From Eledone cirrhosa (Eukaryota), in contig OZ024743.1 of the NCBI GenBank assembly GCA_964016885.1, forward strand, positions 223,324,001-223,388,000: a stretch of 64,000 nt of DNA, written 5' to 3'. The notes under the pieces were generated by a model. It was not told the origin of the DNA and did not search any database. It saw only the letters and a program-made list of their open reading frames with translations. How positions within the stretch are numbered: the first letter of the stretch is position 1; each line of letters starts with the position of its first letter. A program made the position numbers and the translations under genes. Below are positions 28,398 through 39,596 of this stretch, piece after piece.

Positions 28398-29769
28398 GTA
28401 TGTACCTTTTATTATTATTATTATTATTGATTTGAGTGTGGGTTGGCAGTATCGGTAGAGCATCGGACACCATGCTTCGCGGCATAGAGTTACGGCCATT
28501 TACGTTCTGAGTTCAAATCCCGCTGAGGTTAGCTTTGCCTTTCATCCTTACGGGGGATCGATAAATAAAGCACCTGTAATGCACTGGGGTCAATTTAATC
28601 GACTTTTCCTTCCTCTTCAAATTACCGGTCCTTTTTTTTTTACAAACTTGCCAAGCAAAGAGTTGAAAGGAATCTTCAGTTGTGTTAAAGACTTGACAAC
28701 TTCTCTAGTGCTGTTACTACTATAAAATGCTTTCAGTAGACTCTGTAAAGTGGTTGGTGATAGAAAGGGTATTCAGCTGTAGAAACCTTTAAAGAGAACT
28801 CTTCAGTAATTTAAAAGTTATGACAAGCTCCCTAGTACTGCTGATTTGATGCTCATAGCTTGCCTGAGAGGTCAGTAGCTCCGATCGAGTACTTTTTTTG
28901 TGATAACCCATCCAACCTATACTTACAAGGAAATCATCATTGTTTAAAGTCTATTTTCCATGCTATGATGGGTTAGATTGGTTGTCCCATTGGAGGCAAG
29001 TCAAGTCAAGTGACCATGTCTTACTCATACAGAACCATTTCTGGCTTTGTTTCTATGGTTGGATGCCCTTCCCAATGCCAACTGCATTTACAGTGTAGAC
29101 TGGGTGCTTTTTTTGTGACACCTATACGACCACGTTACAGTGTAGACTGGGCGCTTTCTACCATAGTAGTAGTGCAGGTGTCATGATAAAATACATCCAG
29201 CCAACTCTGTAAGGTGGTAGTGTGGCTGCCATAAAATCCAAGTACATACTGTAAAGTGGTTGGTGTTAGGCAGGGCATCCAGCCATTAAAACTATAACAA
29301 ACTGGAATGTATAAGCATACTGCTCATTTGATGTGTCTAGTTTGAACGTGATCAACCGTCAAACCCATGACAGTGTGGAAAACTGGTGTAAATAGTGATG
29401 ATGATGATGATGAATTCTTAATTCATTGCTATCAAATTTACTTTGATGTAATGATAATGATAGAAATGGTTGAAACTAGGGTTGTGGTGTAAGAGTTTCT
29501 ACCAGTTCAAAACCTATAGAAAATCATAATGACAAAAAGAAAGAGAAATAGTGGGGAAACTCTACACATTTGACTGGATGATATATCTTGGCTGCACTCT
29601 GCAGACAAAATGGCGAAAGCATCGCCACGGAAGACAGCCAGAGATACTTTTTACATCAGTTATTTCAGTTCATAGGGCTTCTTTATCAAGAGCAATGGTT
29701 TTAACTTGATTAGCTGATTGGGGGGGGGGGGGGGGGGTAGTCTAGTGATAATGGGCACCAGATGTTTCA

Positions 29770-31228
29770 AGGGTACTGGAAATCTCAATGGCAACTTCTA
29801 GAGATCAGGGGTACTGGAAGTCTCAATGACAACTAGAAGTTTTAGTGGTAACTTAGTCCAGGGATCAAGGGTACTGGAAGTTTCAGTGGCAACTGTTAGT
29901 CCAGGGATCAAAGGTACTGGAAGTTTCAGTGGTAACTGTTAGTCCAGGGATCAAAGGTACTGGAAGTTTCAGTGGTAACTGTTAGTCCAGGGATCAAAGG
30001 TACTGGAAGTTTCAGTGGCAACTGTTAGTCCAGGGATCAAAGGTACTGGAAGTTTCAGTGGTAACTGTTAGTCCAGGGATCAAAGGTACTGGAAGTTTCA
30101 GTGGTAACTGTTAGTCCAGGGATCAAAGGTACTGGAAGTTTCAGTGGCAACTGTTAGTCCAGGGATCAAAGGTACTGGAAGTTTCAGTGGCAACTGTTAG
30201 TCCAGGGATCAAAGGTACTGGAAGTTTCAGTGGTAACTGTTAGTCCAGGGATCAAAGGTACTGGAAGTTTCAGTGGTAACTGTTAGTCCAGGGATCAAAG
30301 GTACTGGAAGTTTCAGTGGTAACTGTTAGTCCAGGGATCAAAGGTACTGGAAGTTTCAGTGGTAACTGTTAGTCCAGGGATCAAAGGTACTGGAAGTTTC
30401 AGTGGTAACTGTTAGTCCAGGGATCAAAGGTACTGGAAGTTTCAGTGGTAACTGTTAGTTCAGGGATCAAAGGTACTGGAAGTTTCAGTGGTAACTGTTA
30501 GTCCAGGGATCAAAGGTACTGGAAGTTTCAGTGGCAACTGTTAGTCCAGGGATCAAAGGTACTGGAAGTTTCAGTGGCAACTGTTAGTCCAGGGATCAAA
30601 GGTACTGGAAGTTTCAGTGGTAACTGTTAGTCCAGGGATCAAGGGTACTGGAAGTTTCAGTGGCAACTGTTAGTCCAGGGATCAAAGGTACTGGAAGTTT
30701 CAGTGGTAACTGTTAGTCCAGGGATCAAAGGTACTGGAAGTTTCAGTGGTAACTGTTAGTCCAGGGATCAAAGGTACTGGAAGTTTCAGTGGCAACTGTT
30801 AGTCCAGGGATCAAAGGTACTGGAAGTTTCAGTGGCAACTGTTAGTCCAGGGATCAAAGGTACTGGAAGTTTCAGTGGTAACTGTTAGTCCAGGGATCAA
30901 GGGTACTGGAAGTTTCAGTGGCAACTGTTAGTCCAGGGATCAAAGGTACTGGAAGTTTCAGTGGTAACTGTTAGTCCAGGGATCAAAGGTACTGGAAGTT
31001 TCAGTGGTAACTGTTAGTCCAGGGATCAAAGGTACTGGAAGTTTCAGTGGTAACTGTTAGTCCAGGGATCAAAGGTACTGGAAGTTTCAGTGGCAACTGT
31101 TAGTCCAGGGATCAAAGGTACTGGAAGTTTCAGTGGTAACTGTTAGTCCAGGGATCAAAGGTACTGGAAGTTTCAGTGGCAACTGTTAGTCCAGGGATTA
31201 AAGGTACTGGAAGTTTCAATGACAACTG
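29770..31228. repeat. 43-bp tandem minisatellite, ~32 near-identical copies plus degenerate leading units
   Basis: Unit gttagtccagggatcaaaggtactggaagtttcagtgg(t/c)aact, head-to-tail, no spacers. Confidence 0.97.
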
Positions 31229-32003
31229 GCATAAAGGAAGCAGTCATTCAATGCAGTGTTCCAGATGAGTGATAGAAAGTTATGCAACCTAATCCATCCA
31301 TGGGCCCTGGAGTTATGAGGGTGCTGTTGTGATAAACCTAGCAAAGCCTATCCCTCTCCAAATATGAACACACACAATTACTTTCAGAGAAAGTGATAGA
31401 GGAAGAATCCACTCCATTAATGGACTGGTACTTTATTTATCAACCTTGACAGAATGAAAGGCAAAGTTGATCTCGGTGGGATTTAGACTCAGAATGCAGT
31501 AGGCTGAAATAATTACCGTGAAGCATTCTATCTAATATTCTTATGATTTGACCAGTTTATCATCACTGTGCAATTACTGCAAGTGTAGCAAAACACTCAA
31601 CAAACAATTTATAAAGTATTCCTGTTGCTTATATACATACATGGTATTTAACCATGAAGTGGTTTTCATTGTTACATTGAACAGAAAAAAAATGTCATCA
31701 TTTTATCTCCACTTTTCCATGCTTGAAAGGTTGGATGGGTCTTCTCTATTTCAGCCTGCCTCAACTTGTTACATTTTGATATCAGCTCTCTCCATCTCTG
31801 CCCAGTTCTTCCGCTACTGCAGCTTCCCTCCACTGGGAACTCTTGGTTCTCCTTCACCTAGAGATTATCATCTATATCATTACATGTCCACACCAGTGCA
31901 GTCTTCTCTCTTGCACACTACATATGATTCCTCTTATACTCAGTTCTTCTCTCGGCTCATCTGGGCTTCATTGTTTATACATTTTTTTTCAAACTATTTA
32001 TAG

Positions 32004-32148
32004 CTAACACCATCACACCCACTGTTGAACTGAATGCTCTTGCAATGAAAAGGGGTGAACCAGCTGTTTACAAAACATTTGAACATCGCCATCCATATTA
32101 TTCTCATGCGCCTCAAAACTATGATTACAGAGGATATTATAATCAAAG
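32004..32148 (+). CDS. stau: Staufen exon 4: first half of split dsRBD2 plus Pro/Tyr insertion
   Basis: ANTITPTVELNALAMKRGEPAVY...HPYYSHAPQNYDYRGYYNQ; tatag| and AG|gtacag. Confidence 0.93.
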
Positions 32149-32791
32149 GTACAGTTAAATGTGACTTCTTTCATTGAAACATTTTGTTTCTTAGATGGCT
32201 TTTTAAAAAATCCATTTGATGCCAACCTTCTTGAAACCACCCTGGTTCTATAATAAAAAGAAACAAATTAAAATCCTTCCATCATAATTTTATGTAAGAA
32301 TTTTTGTTCACCCTTTCATTGCTATATTAAGCTGGTGTTTGAAGTATAACTTAAATTTCTTACATAAAATTATGTCTGTGTATGTTTAGCCAGCCCTCTC
32401 TGAGGTTGCGTATCATAGATCTTATGGTTATTTTAATGTTAGGGTCATAACCTTTGAATGGATTTGCAATTGTATAGATTCTTCAATACTATATTTCTAA
32501 TGAAAGACACTGTCTATGCTTTTCAAATAATTTTGAAAATAATCAAGAATTTGGGGGTATTTAGTAATATAATTAACTTTCTGATTTTTGGAACATAACA
32601 TAACAAAGGTTCTTAAATAAAATTATGATGGAAAGCTTTTAGATAAATATAAATACTTTAAAGCTTAAACCTTAGTATCATAGAACCAGGGTGGGTTAAA
32701 CATGTCTCTGAGTAAACTATTAATGGTTAGCTTTGTGATAATTGTAGCTATTCTCAGCAGTTATATATAAACATCTTTTCTTTATTTGCAG

Positions 32792-32982
32792 ATATCCATT
32801 CCCCAGGATTTCCAAAACGAGCTATGTCTCTTTAAAAGTTGGTAATCGTGAATTCAGTGGTGAAGGTTTGACCCGCCAAGCTGCTCGACACAATGCTGCT
32901 GCGAAAGCGCTTCAAGTCTTGCACAGTGAACCTATTGTTAACACAAAGAAGAAAGAGGTCGTTGAAGAATCAAACACTGAAG
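32792..32982 (+). CDS. stau: Staufen exon 5: second half of dsRBD2
   Basis: RYPFPRISKTSYVSLKVGNREFSGEGLTRQAARHNAAAKAL; ttgcag| and G|gtattt. Confidence 0.93.
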
Positions 32983-33438
32983 GTATTTCCACATGAAAAT
33001 TGCTGTTGTTATTTTTTAACCCTCGTCTCTGTGTGTTTGTGTTGTGCCAAATGTGAAACTTTACAACCTATTGTAACTGAAACTGGAAATATTTGTGATC
33101 ATATCTGAAAACTTAAAGCTCCTAGAGGACATGGACAAGATTCATAGAATGATGCAGTATATGTGAATGTACATGGCTTAGTTGTTTGGGTGTTTGACTT
33201 GCAATCATAGGATAGTAGGTTCAATTCCTGGACCAGAACATTTCATTTTATGTTCCTTTTCATGATAGGCCTGAAACCCCTATTTTTAAAACACCTGAGA
33301 AATCTTCTATGAGATACAACCTTGTAAAAGTCCACCTAAACCTGTATAGGTGTGAGCTGTACATTTTTTTTTTTCATTTAAATGATGTAGTATTCTAGAA
33401 CTGTTCAACCAGTATCAGCATTGAAAAATGAACACTAA

Positions 33439-34685
33439 CTCTTTAGTGTTCAAACCACCCCAAACCGGCCGCAATTATTTCCCCTTCATTTGTTCAATCC
33501 GCCCCAAACCGGCCGATAACACCCACACTAAAATATCGTTCTAAAAATAAACAATACCGTCATCAAAATCTCGTCAATTCGAGATTACTGCGAGATTAGG
33601 CCTTTACCGCGAAAATTAACACTTAATATAGTGAAACAACTTAAAACAACACATGTTTTTTTAACGTTGAAAGTAGAACAGATTTTTGTGTATGGCTTAT
33701 GAAAGTAGCGATACCGACTTTGAAGGTTTTACACACGATGACATTCAGAATGAACAAGAAACAAAAGATAATATTAGTAATTTATCTTCAAATGAATCAG
33801 ATGTTTACATTTCTGAAATTTAATCCGACGATGATTGTTGTTTTGAAAGTGAAAACGAAGGAGATCTCCAGGATGCCATTGAAAATATTCCAGCAATGTG
33901 GTTGAAAAATACCACACCAATATATGTTCCCGATTTTATTCAAAATACTGGTCCACAACACACATTAGCTCCCAATGCTAAAGCACTGGATTATTTCTTT
34001 TTGTTTTTACCACAAACTTTCTTCAAAGTTGTGGCAGAAGAGATTAATCGATATGCCCAACAACAGATTTCAAATCAAGGAAAACCCGATCTGTTACGGC
34101 GACTGACAGATGCTGCGGAATGCAAGCATTTTTTACCGTAAATATTATGTTCGGTATAAAACAATTTCCAAGACTCTGGAATTACTGGAGCACTGATATA
34201 AGGTTTAGTGATCCTTATATATCAAGTATTATGCCGAAAACAACGTATTTAAAATTAAACCAGTATTTGCACCTGGTTGATACTTCAAATATCCCTATTA
34301 ATTAATTTCACCTGCCCATAAAAGTCAAATTTAACCCAAAAAATCAAGTAAAATTATATAATTGTAAATTATTGATATTTAAACATCAACTGAAAAAATT
34401 TCAAGCCTGCACATAGAAAATTAAGAAAATTACAAACAAATAAAATCGATAACCCTCTTGAATACGATTAACCCTTTAACATTCACATTACTCTATATAT
34501 ACTATTATATTTTGATTGTAAATGCTTTATCTCACATAATTATCTCACATAATATCAAATCTATGAGATTTTGAAAGTATTTATTTTGAGAACAATACCT
34601 TAACATCAGTTTGAGTGACCACTTACAGCCAGTTTCAACAGAATAAGGTAGAGAATTCTGGTCGGTTTGAACATTAAAGGGTTAA
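33439..34685 (+). mobile_element. piggyBac-like transposon remnant (PGBD-type transposase N-terminal fragment) closed by an inverted MITE
   Basis: Ends CTCTTTAGTGTTCAAACC ... GGTTTGAACATTAAAGGG|TTAA; fragments LDYFFLFLP..FF..VAEEINRYA and GIKQFPRLWNYWS...IMP....KLNQYLHL. Confidence 0.78.
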
Positions 34686-35485
34686 CTGAAAATAATGTGA
34701 ACAGATAAACATGACATTTGACAAATTAATGTGAATGCTAAAGGGTTAAATATGTTTATGAGGATAATAATGACGGCCTGAAGAATGGGACATAATTCTC
34801 TTGATTTGAATATATCTGAGGCTGGCTCTCTTTCATTTCTTATGGGCTGTCCTGTTTATTTGCCTGTTTTGTAAATTTGCAGTACTATACTCCAAAGCTA
34901 CATTGGAAAACCATTCTTTTGAAGTAATAAAGCTTACTGGTAGATGTAAAAGTATAGAAGACAAGGAACTGACAATACCAGTTACTGAAGATTGATAAAT
35001 ATTTTGATTTACTGATACCTATATAAACATTTATCATCATCAAAATCATTGTTTTTTGTCTGATTTTTCATGCCTGCATGAGTTAGATGAGCTCCCTCCA
35101 GTTCAAAATCTCTTCACTTGTTTCTTTCCTTTGTGAGGCTCAGTTTCCTGAGATTAGCTTCTACCACCTCCACCCATATCTTTCTTGGTCTTCCACTAAG
35201 AACTCCAAGCACTTCTTTACCCAACAATCATCATCCATAAGCATTATGTGTCTGTACAAGTGCAATCTTCTCCGTTTTTCTCTCGACTCATCTGTACTTC
35301 ATTCATACATTACACATTTTCAATTCATGTCTTTGTATATCCTCTACATTTAGTGCTCTTGACTCACTACTATTCAGCATTGCACTATATACACAGTCAT
35401 TATATAATCTACCCTTTGTCATCAGTACTAAACATTTAAGGAAAAAGCTGTTATGATAATTGAATTATTTTTTGTCTTTTTCCAG

Positions 35486-35562
35486 ATAAAGACCAATTGA
35501 AATCTGAAATTAGTCTAGTCCACGAAATAGCTTTAAAGCGTAGCTTGACAGTCTCTTTTGAG
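35486..35562 (+). CDS. stau: Staufen exon 6: start of dsRBD3
   Basis: DKDQLKSEISLVHEIALKRSLTVSFE; ttccag| and GAG|gtacgt. Confidence 0.95.
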
Positions 35563-35651
35563 GTACGTTGACTTTTTCTTTAGTGTTTCTAAGCCTTTTA
35601 TTGAAATTTTGGAAAATAAAACAATTTCTGATAATGAAAAAAACAAACAAA

Positions 35652-35702
<51 letters not shown>

Positions 35703-36651
35703 ATGAAGAACTTTTCACTTTATGTTGGTAAATTCGTATTTGTGTAGTGTATGGAATCAATATGTAAACAATAGTGAAAGAACAGCTGGCCTGATATTTT
35801 TTATCAACGTGGTTAATGGAGTTATGTAATATAATTTTCCAGATGTTAAATCTTCAAGTATGGTACATAGTTCTAAGAATTTGCAGAATAATTTAGTATG
35901 AAATATTGTAGAAGAATAAGCAAGCAAGGTGTGAGGAGAAATTTGAAGAGAGATTTATTTTATTAAATAATCTAACGCGTGTTTCATTACCAATTATGTA
36001 ATCATCTACGAGAGCTGTATAGGAATATTTTTTTCTATTCACTCATTCACATTATGTCCATATTCGGCAAATCTTCAGAGATTAATGAAATAATAAATAT
36101 TTTTTAGGCAAACTTCTCCCCCACAACATCACAATTTCCCTGACACACTGCCTCACGATCCTGAACACTGAATTGGTGAGCCATCTCCGAATCAAATCTA
36201 TTTTCTATTCTCTGTTTGTGCTTGCCGTAATCCTGTTATCAATTAACTAATTTTGCAATCCACACCTGATGAAATCACCTAAGTTTTGCATCATGATTGG
36301 AGGATGTAACTAAGTCATTGAAATATATATATTCTGTTTTTGTAACATTAAAAATTTAAAGAATGTTTCCAGTCCAACCTTCTGTTGTTTTTAAATGAAT
36401 ATTTAATTCCGTTCCTGCATCAGCCATAGGATACCACATCTATGCTGGAGGATTTGCATAATGTTGAGTGCTTTAATTTATTACATCATGGTTTACTAAC
36501 CAGAATGACCAGTTCTACCCATTGGTAAATCACACAACATAAATAGTACACACACACACACACACACACCATTCTTTCTCATTATCTCTTTCATCCTCTC
36601 ACACAGTGAATTAGTGTTGTTTTATTGCACCATATATTCTTTTACTTCTAG

Positions 36652-36876
36652 GTTACTCGTGAATCTGGTCCACCTCACATGAAAACCTTTGTGACCCAGT
36701 GTACAGTTGGTGAGTTTGTTACTGAAGCCGAGGGAAACAGCAAGCAGGTCTCCAAAAAGAGAGCCGCAGAATCAATGTTGGAAGAGTTGAAGAATCTACA
36801 ACCTCTTCCTCAAACATCAGTACGCCCAAAAGCCAAGTCAACTACCAGCAAGAAGAAAAACAGGAACCTCATAAAG
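36652..36876 (+). CDS. stau: Staufen exon 7: dsRBD3 plus basic linker
   Basis: [46 protein letters not shown]...KKKNRNLIK; ttctag| and AAG|gtttgt. Confidence 0.95.
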
Positions 36877-39560
36877 GTTTGTGCTATTTGTTAGTGTTGG
36901 ACGCATGATCATTAGTTCATGGGTTTCATGCCGAAACTGGGGGGCATGTTATGTTCTTAAGCAAGATGCTTCATTTCACATTGCTTTATATGATAGGACT
37001 AAGGCCCCGCTATCTTTAAACACCCATAGAAACCATCTATAAGATACAACCTCATATGAAGCTAGCTAAACCTGCTTAAGTGTGAACTGTAAATTTTGTT
37101 TTGATTTTCTTTTTTCTTTACGAATAGCATAATATGAGATATATTCTATGGATTTAGCTGAAAGAGAAATATTAGATTCTAATCTAATCAAATGCTTATT
37201 CTTAGAATAGGTACAGCAGTACAAAATATTCCTGCATGTCATGTAAGAGGCGATTAAAGGGGTTGATACCAAGGGCATCTGGCTGAAAAACATTACCTCA
37301 GAAAGGACCTCAGGATGAAATATATTTCTTGGATTTAGCCAAAAGAGAATTGTTTTAATTTTAAAAGTAGTGCTAATGTCATGATAAATTAGACCTAGCC
37401 AACTCTGTAAAGTAGAAATTAATGCTGGTACCACAAGAAAAAGCACCCAATCCACACTACAGTGATTGTGTTGGTGCCACAAAAACACACCCATTGACCT
37501 TGTAAGATGGTAGTGCTGGTGTCACAATGAAATGCTTTCAGTACACAGTAGTTGGCATTAGGAAGGGCATTCAGCTGTAGAAACCAAGTCAAACATGGTC
37601 ACTTGATCTAACTGGTCTAGCTCCAGAATGTGACAAGCTGTTAACATATGAAAGCTTAGAAAATAGTCATTAATGGCGATGATGAGGATGATGAATGAAT
37701 ACTTACTGCTAGAATTAATACCTCTGCATGTCATGAGAACCCACTAAAAAATTTAATACCAGGAAGGGCATCCAGCTGTAAAACATTGATACAAAAAGGA
37801 CCCTACAATGAATATGAAGTTAACCATGAAGCCTGCAAGGCTAACACCTGATTTAGCAGAGAAAATTGCTGTAAAATGCTTGTAATCTAATGTTTACACT
37901 GAAATAATTTTAATCAGAAGGATGCCTTACATTTCAGAGTTAACCCTTTTCACACAAAACTGCTTGAAACCAGCCCTGGTTCTATGATACACAACTTTTT
38001 ATTTTAAAATGCTGATATTTATCTAGGAATGTGGTAACAAAAAGGATAATGATATAATTTCTTATATAGCCAGGAAACGTGAGAGTTATAACAAAAGAAA
38101 GTGAGAATCTTTTTTTATAAAGGCAAATATTTAGTATTGCTAAATCATGAGCTTTGTTCATGCAAATTCATAATAATACAAACGTATGGTCCAGTAACTC
38201 CTGATGGAGTTGTAGGGGTGCTGTATTGATATACAGCATTTTGGGGACATTTTAAGCCTGGCAAAGCCCATCTCCTCTCCAGGCCTGAGTACAGCAGATT
38301 TCTTCCAGAGAAGAATAGAGAGTAAGAAAGTGAGAAAAAGAGGAAGAATCGATCCCAGTACTAGACTTGTACATTTTTTATCAACCTTGAAAGGATGAAA
38401 AGCAAAGTTGATCTCGGAGAAATTTGAACAGTGAGCAGAAACGAAGCGTTCTATTCGATGTTCTAACGGCTCTGCCAATTCGCTGCCTTCTTATAATATA
38501 TTAGTCAATAAATAAGGCTTACATCTTTTACTTTTTTGGGTCTTAAAATATTCAAATGAAATGGGTTAAACTTGAATTTTAATATGTAATTGTGTATTCA
38601 GTATGACAGTAAAATGTTTATATTGATCTAAAAACCCTTTATGTTTCAAACACCAGCTTAATGAGAAAGTTATATATTACTAAATCGCTCCAAATTTTTT
38701 TTTCGCAATTTGGAAATCTTAGACTGTGTTTTCAATATAAATTTGGTAAGAAAAGGGTTAATATGTTAATATTTTGTTGTAATTGAACCAGATGACAATA
38801 TACAAGAGCAGATAATGTATAAATCTGAGTCAGTTGATGTTTGTTGTTGTTTAATCCAAGTAAGATCTAATTGAATGTACATATGGTCAAAGGTGTTCCA
38901 CGTGTGACCATCCTGTCTTTGTATGTCCAAGATTATATTATTTAATGCAGGGACCCCTTCATGTAATCCTTAACCCTCATAAACAAAACAGTAAACAGAA
39001 TATATAATAGACAATAAAGACTAATTATATATAAAACAGAAACCTGTTTAAGCAATGTTGTATTATTTTATGTCAGGTTTTGGTCCAAAAGTTCATTGAA
39101 CAGTTTAGGTAGACTCATCAACCACTTTGGGGATCCCTGATCTTATGTATCCTGCTTTTTTTTTTTTAAGACAGTATGGTGTGATATGAGGTGAAGGCAT
39201 GTGGCTTAGTGTCTAGAGTGTTGGACTCACAGTCATAAGGTTATGAGTTTAATTTTCTGGACCAGGCAGTGCGTTATGTTCTTCAGCAATATGCTTCACT
39301 TCACATTGTTTTGTTTTTTTTGTGATAAAACTAGAACCCCTATCATCACAAGATGAAACATCATAGGGAGCCAGCTAAACTTACATAGGTGTGAGCTGTC
39401 AATTTAATTTTTATTTTTTATTTTTTAACATGGGGGAAATTTGGTGGCTGCTTCTAAGCAGCTTAAGAGACTGCATAAAGGTTCCCTAGTTGGCTTTTAG
39501 TTGATGTTTATAATATAGGAACATGATTTGTTTTTCTGTCTCTCTCTCTCTCTTTTTTAG

Positions 39561-39596
39561 ACTCCCTCATCTCTTTTAGCAACGCAGCTTAGCCAG
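39561..39596 (+). CDS. stau: Candidate 36-nt in-frame cassette microexon of Staufen (TPSSLLATQLSQ)
   Basis: Long pyrimidine tract ending tttttag|, donor CAG|gtaaac; phase 0-0 matches the flanking exons; no stop codon. Confidence 0.5.

Noticed and set aside
29600-29740. YY1-like AAAATGGCG motif and poly-G as an internal promoter
   Set aside because: It is a single short motif with no supporting CpG-rich region or exon.
29770-31228. Possible CRISPR array or repeat-coding exon
   Set aside because: Units are contiguous with no unique spacers, there are no cas genes, the context is eukaryotic, and the 43-bp period supports no long ORF.
36266-36325. CTGATGA hammerhead-like start
   Set aside because: The aatca/tgatt stem is followed by GGAG rather than GAAA, and stems I and III cannot be formed.
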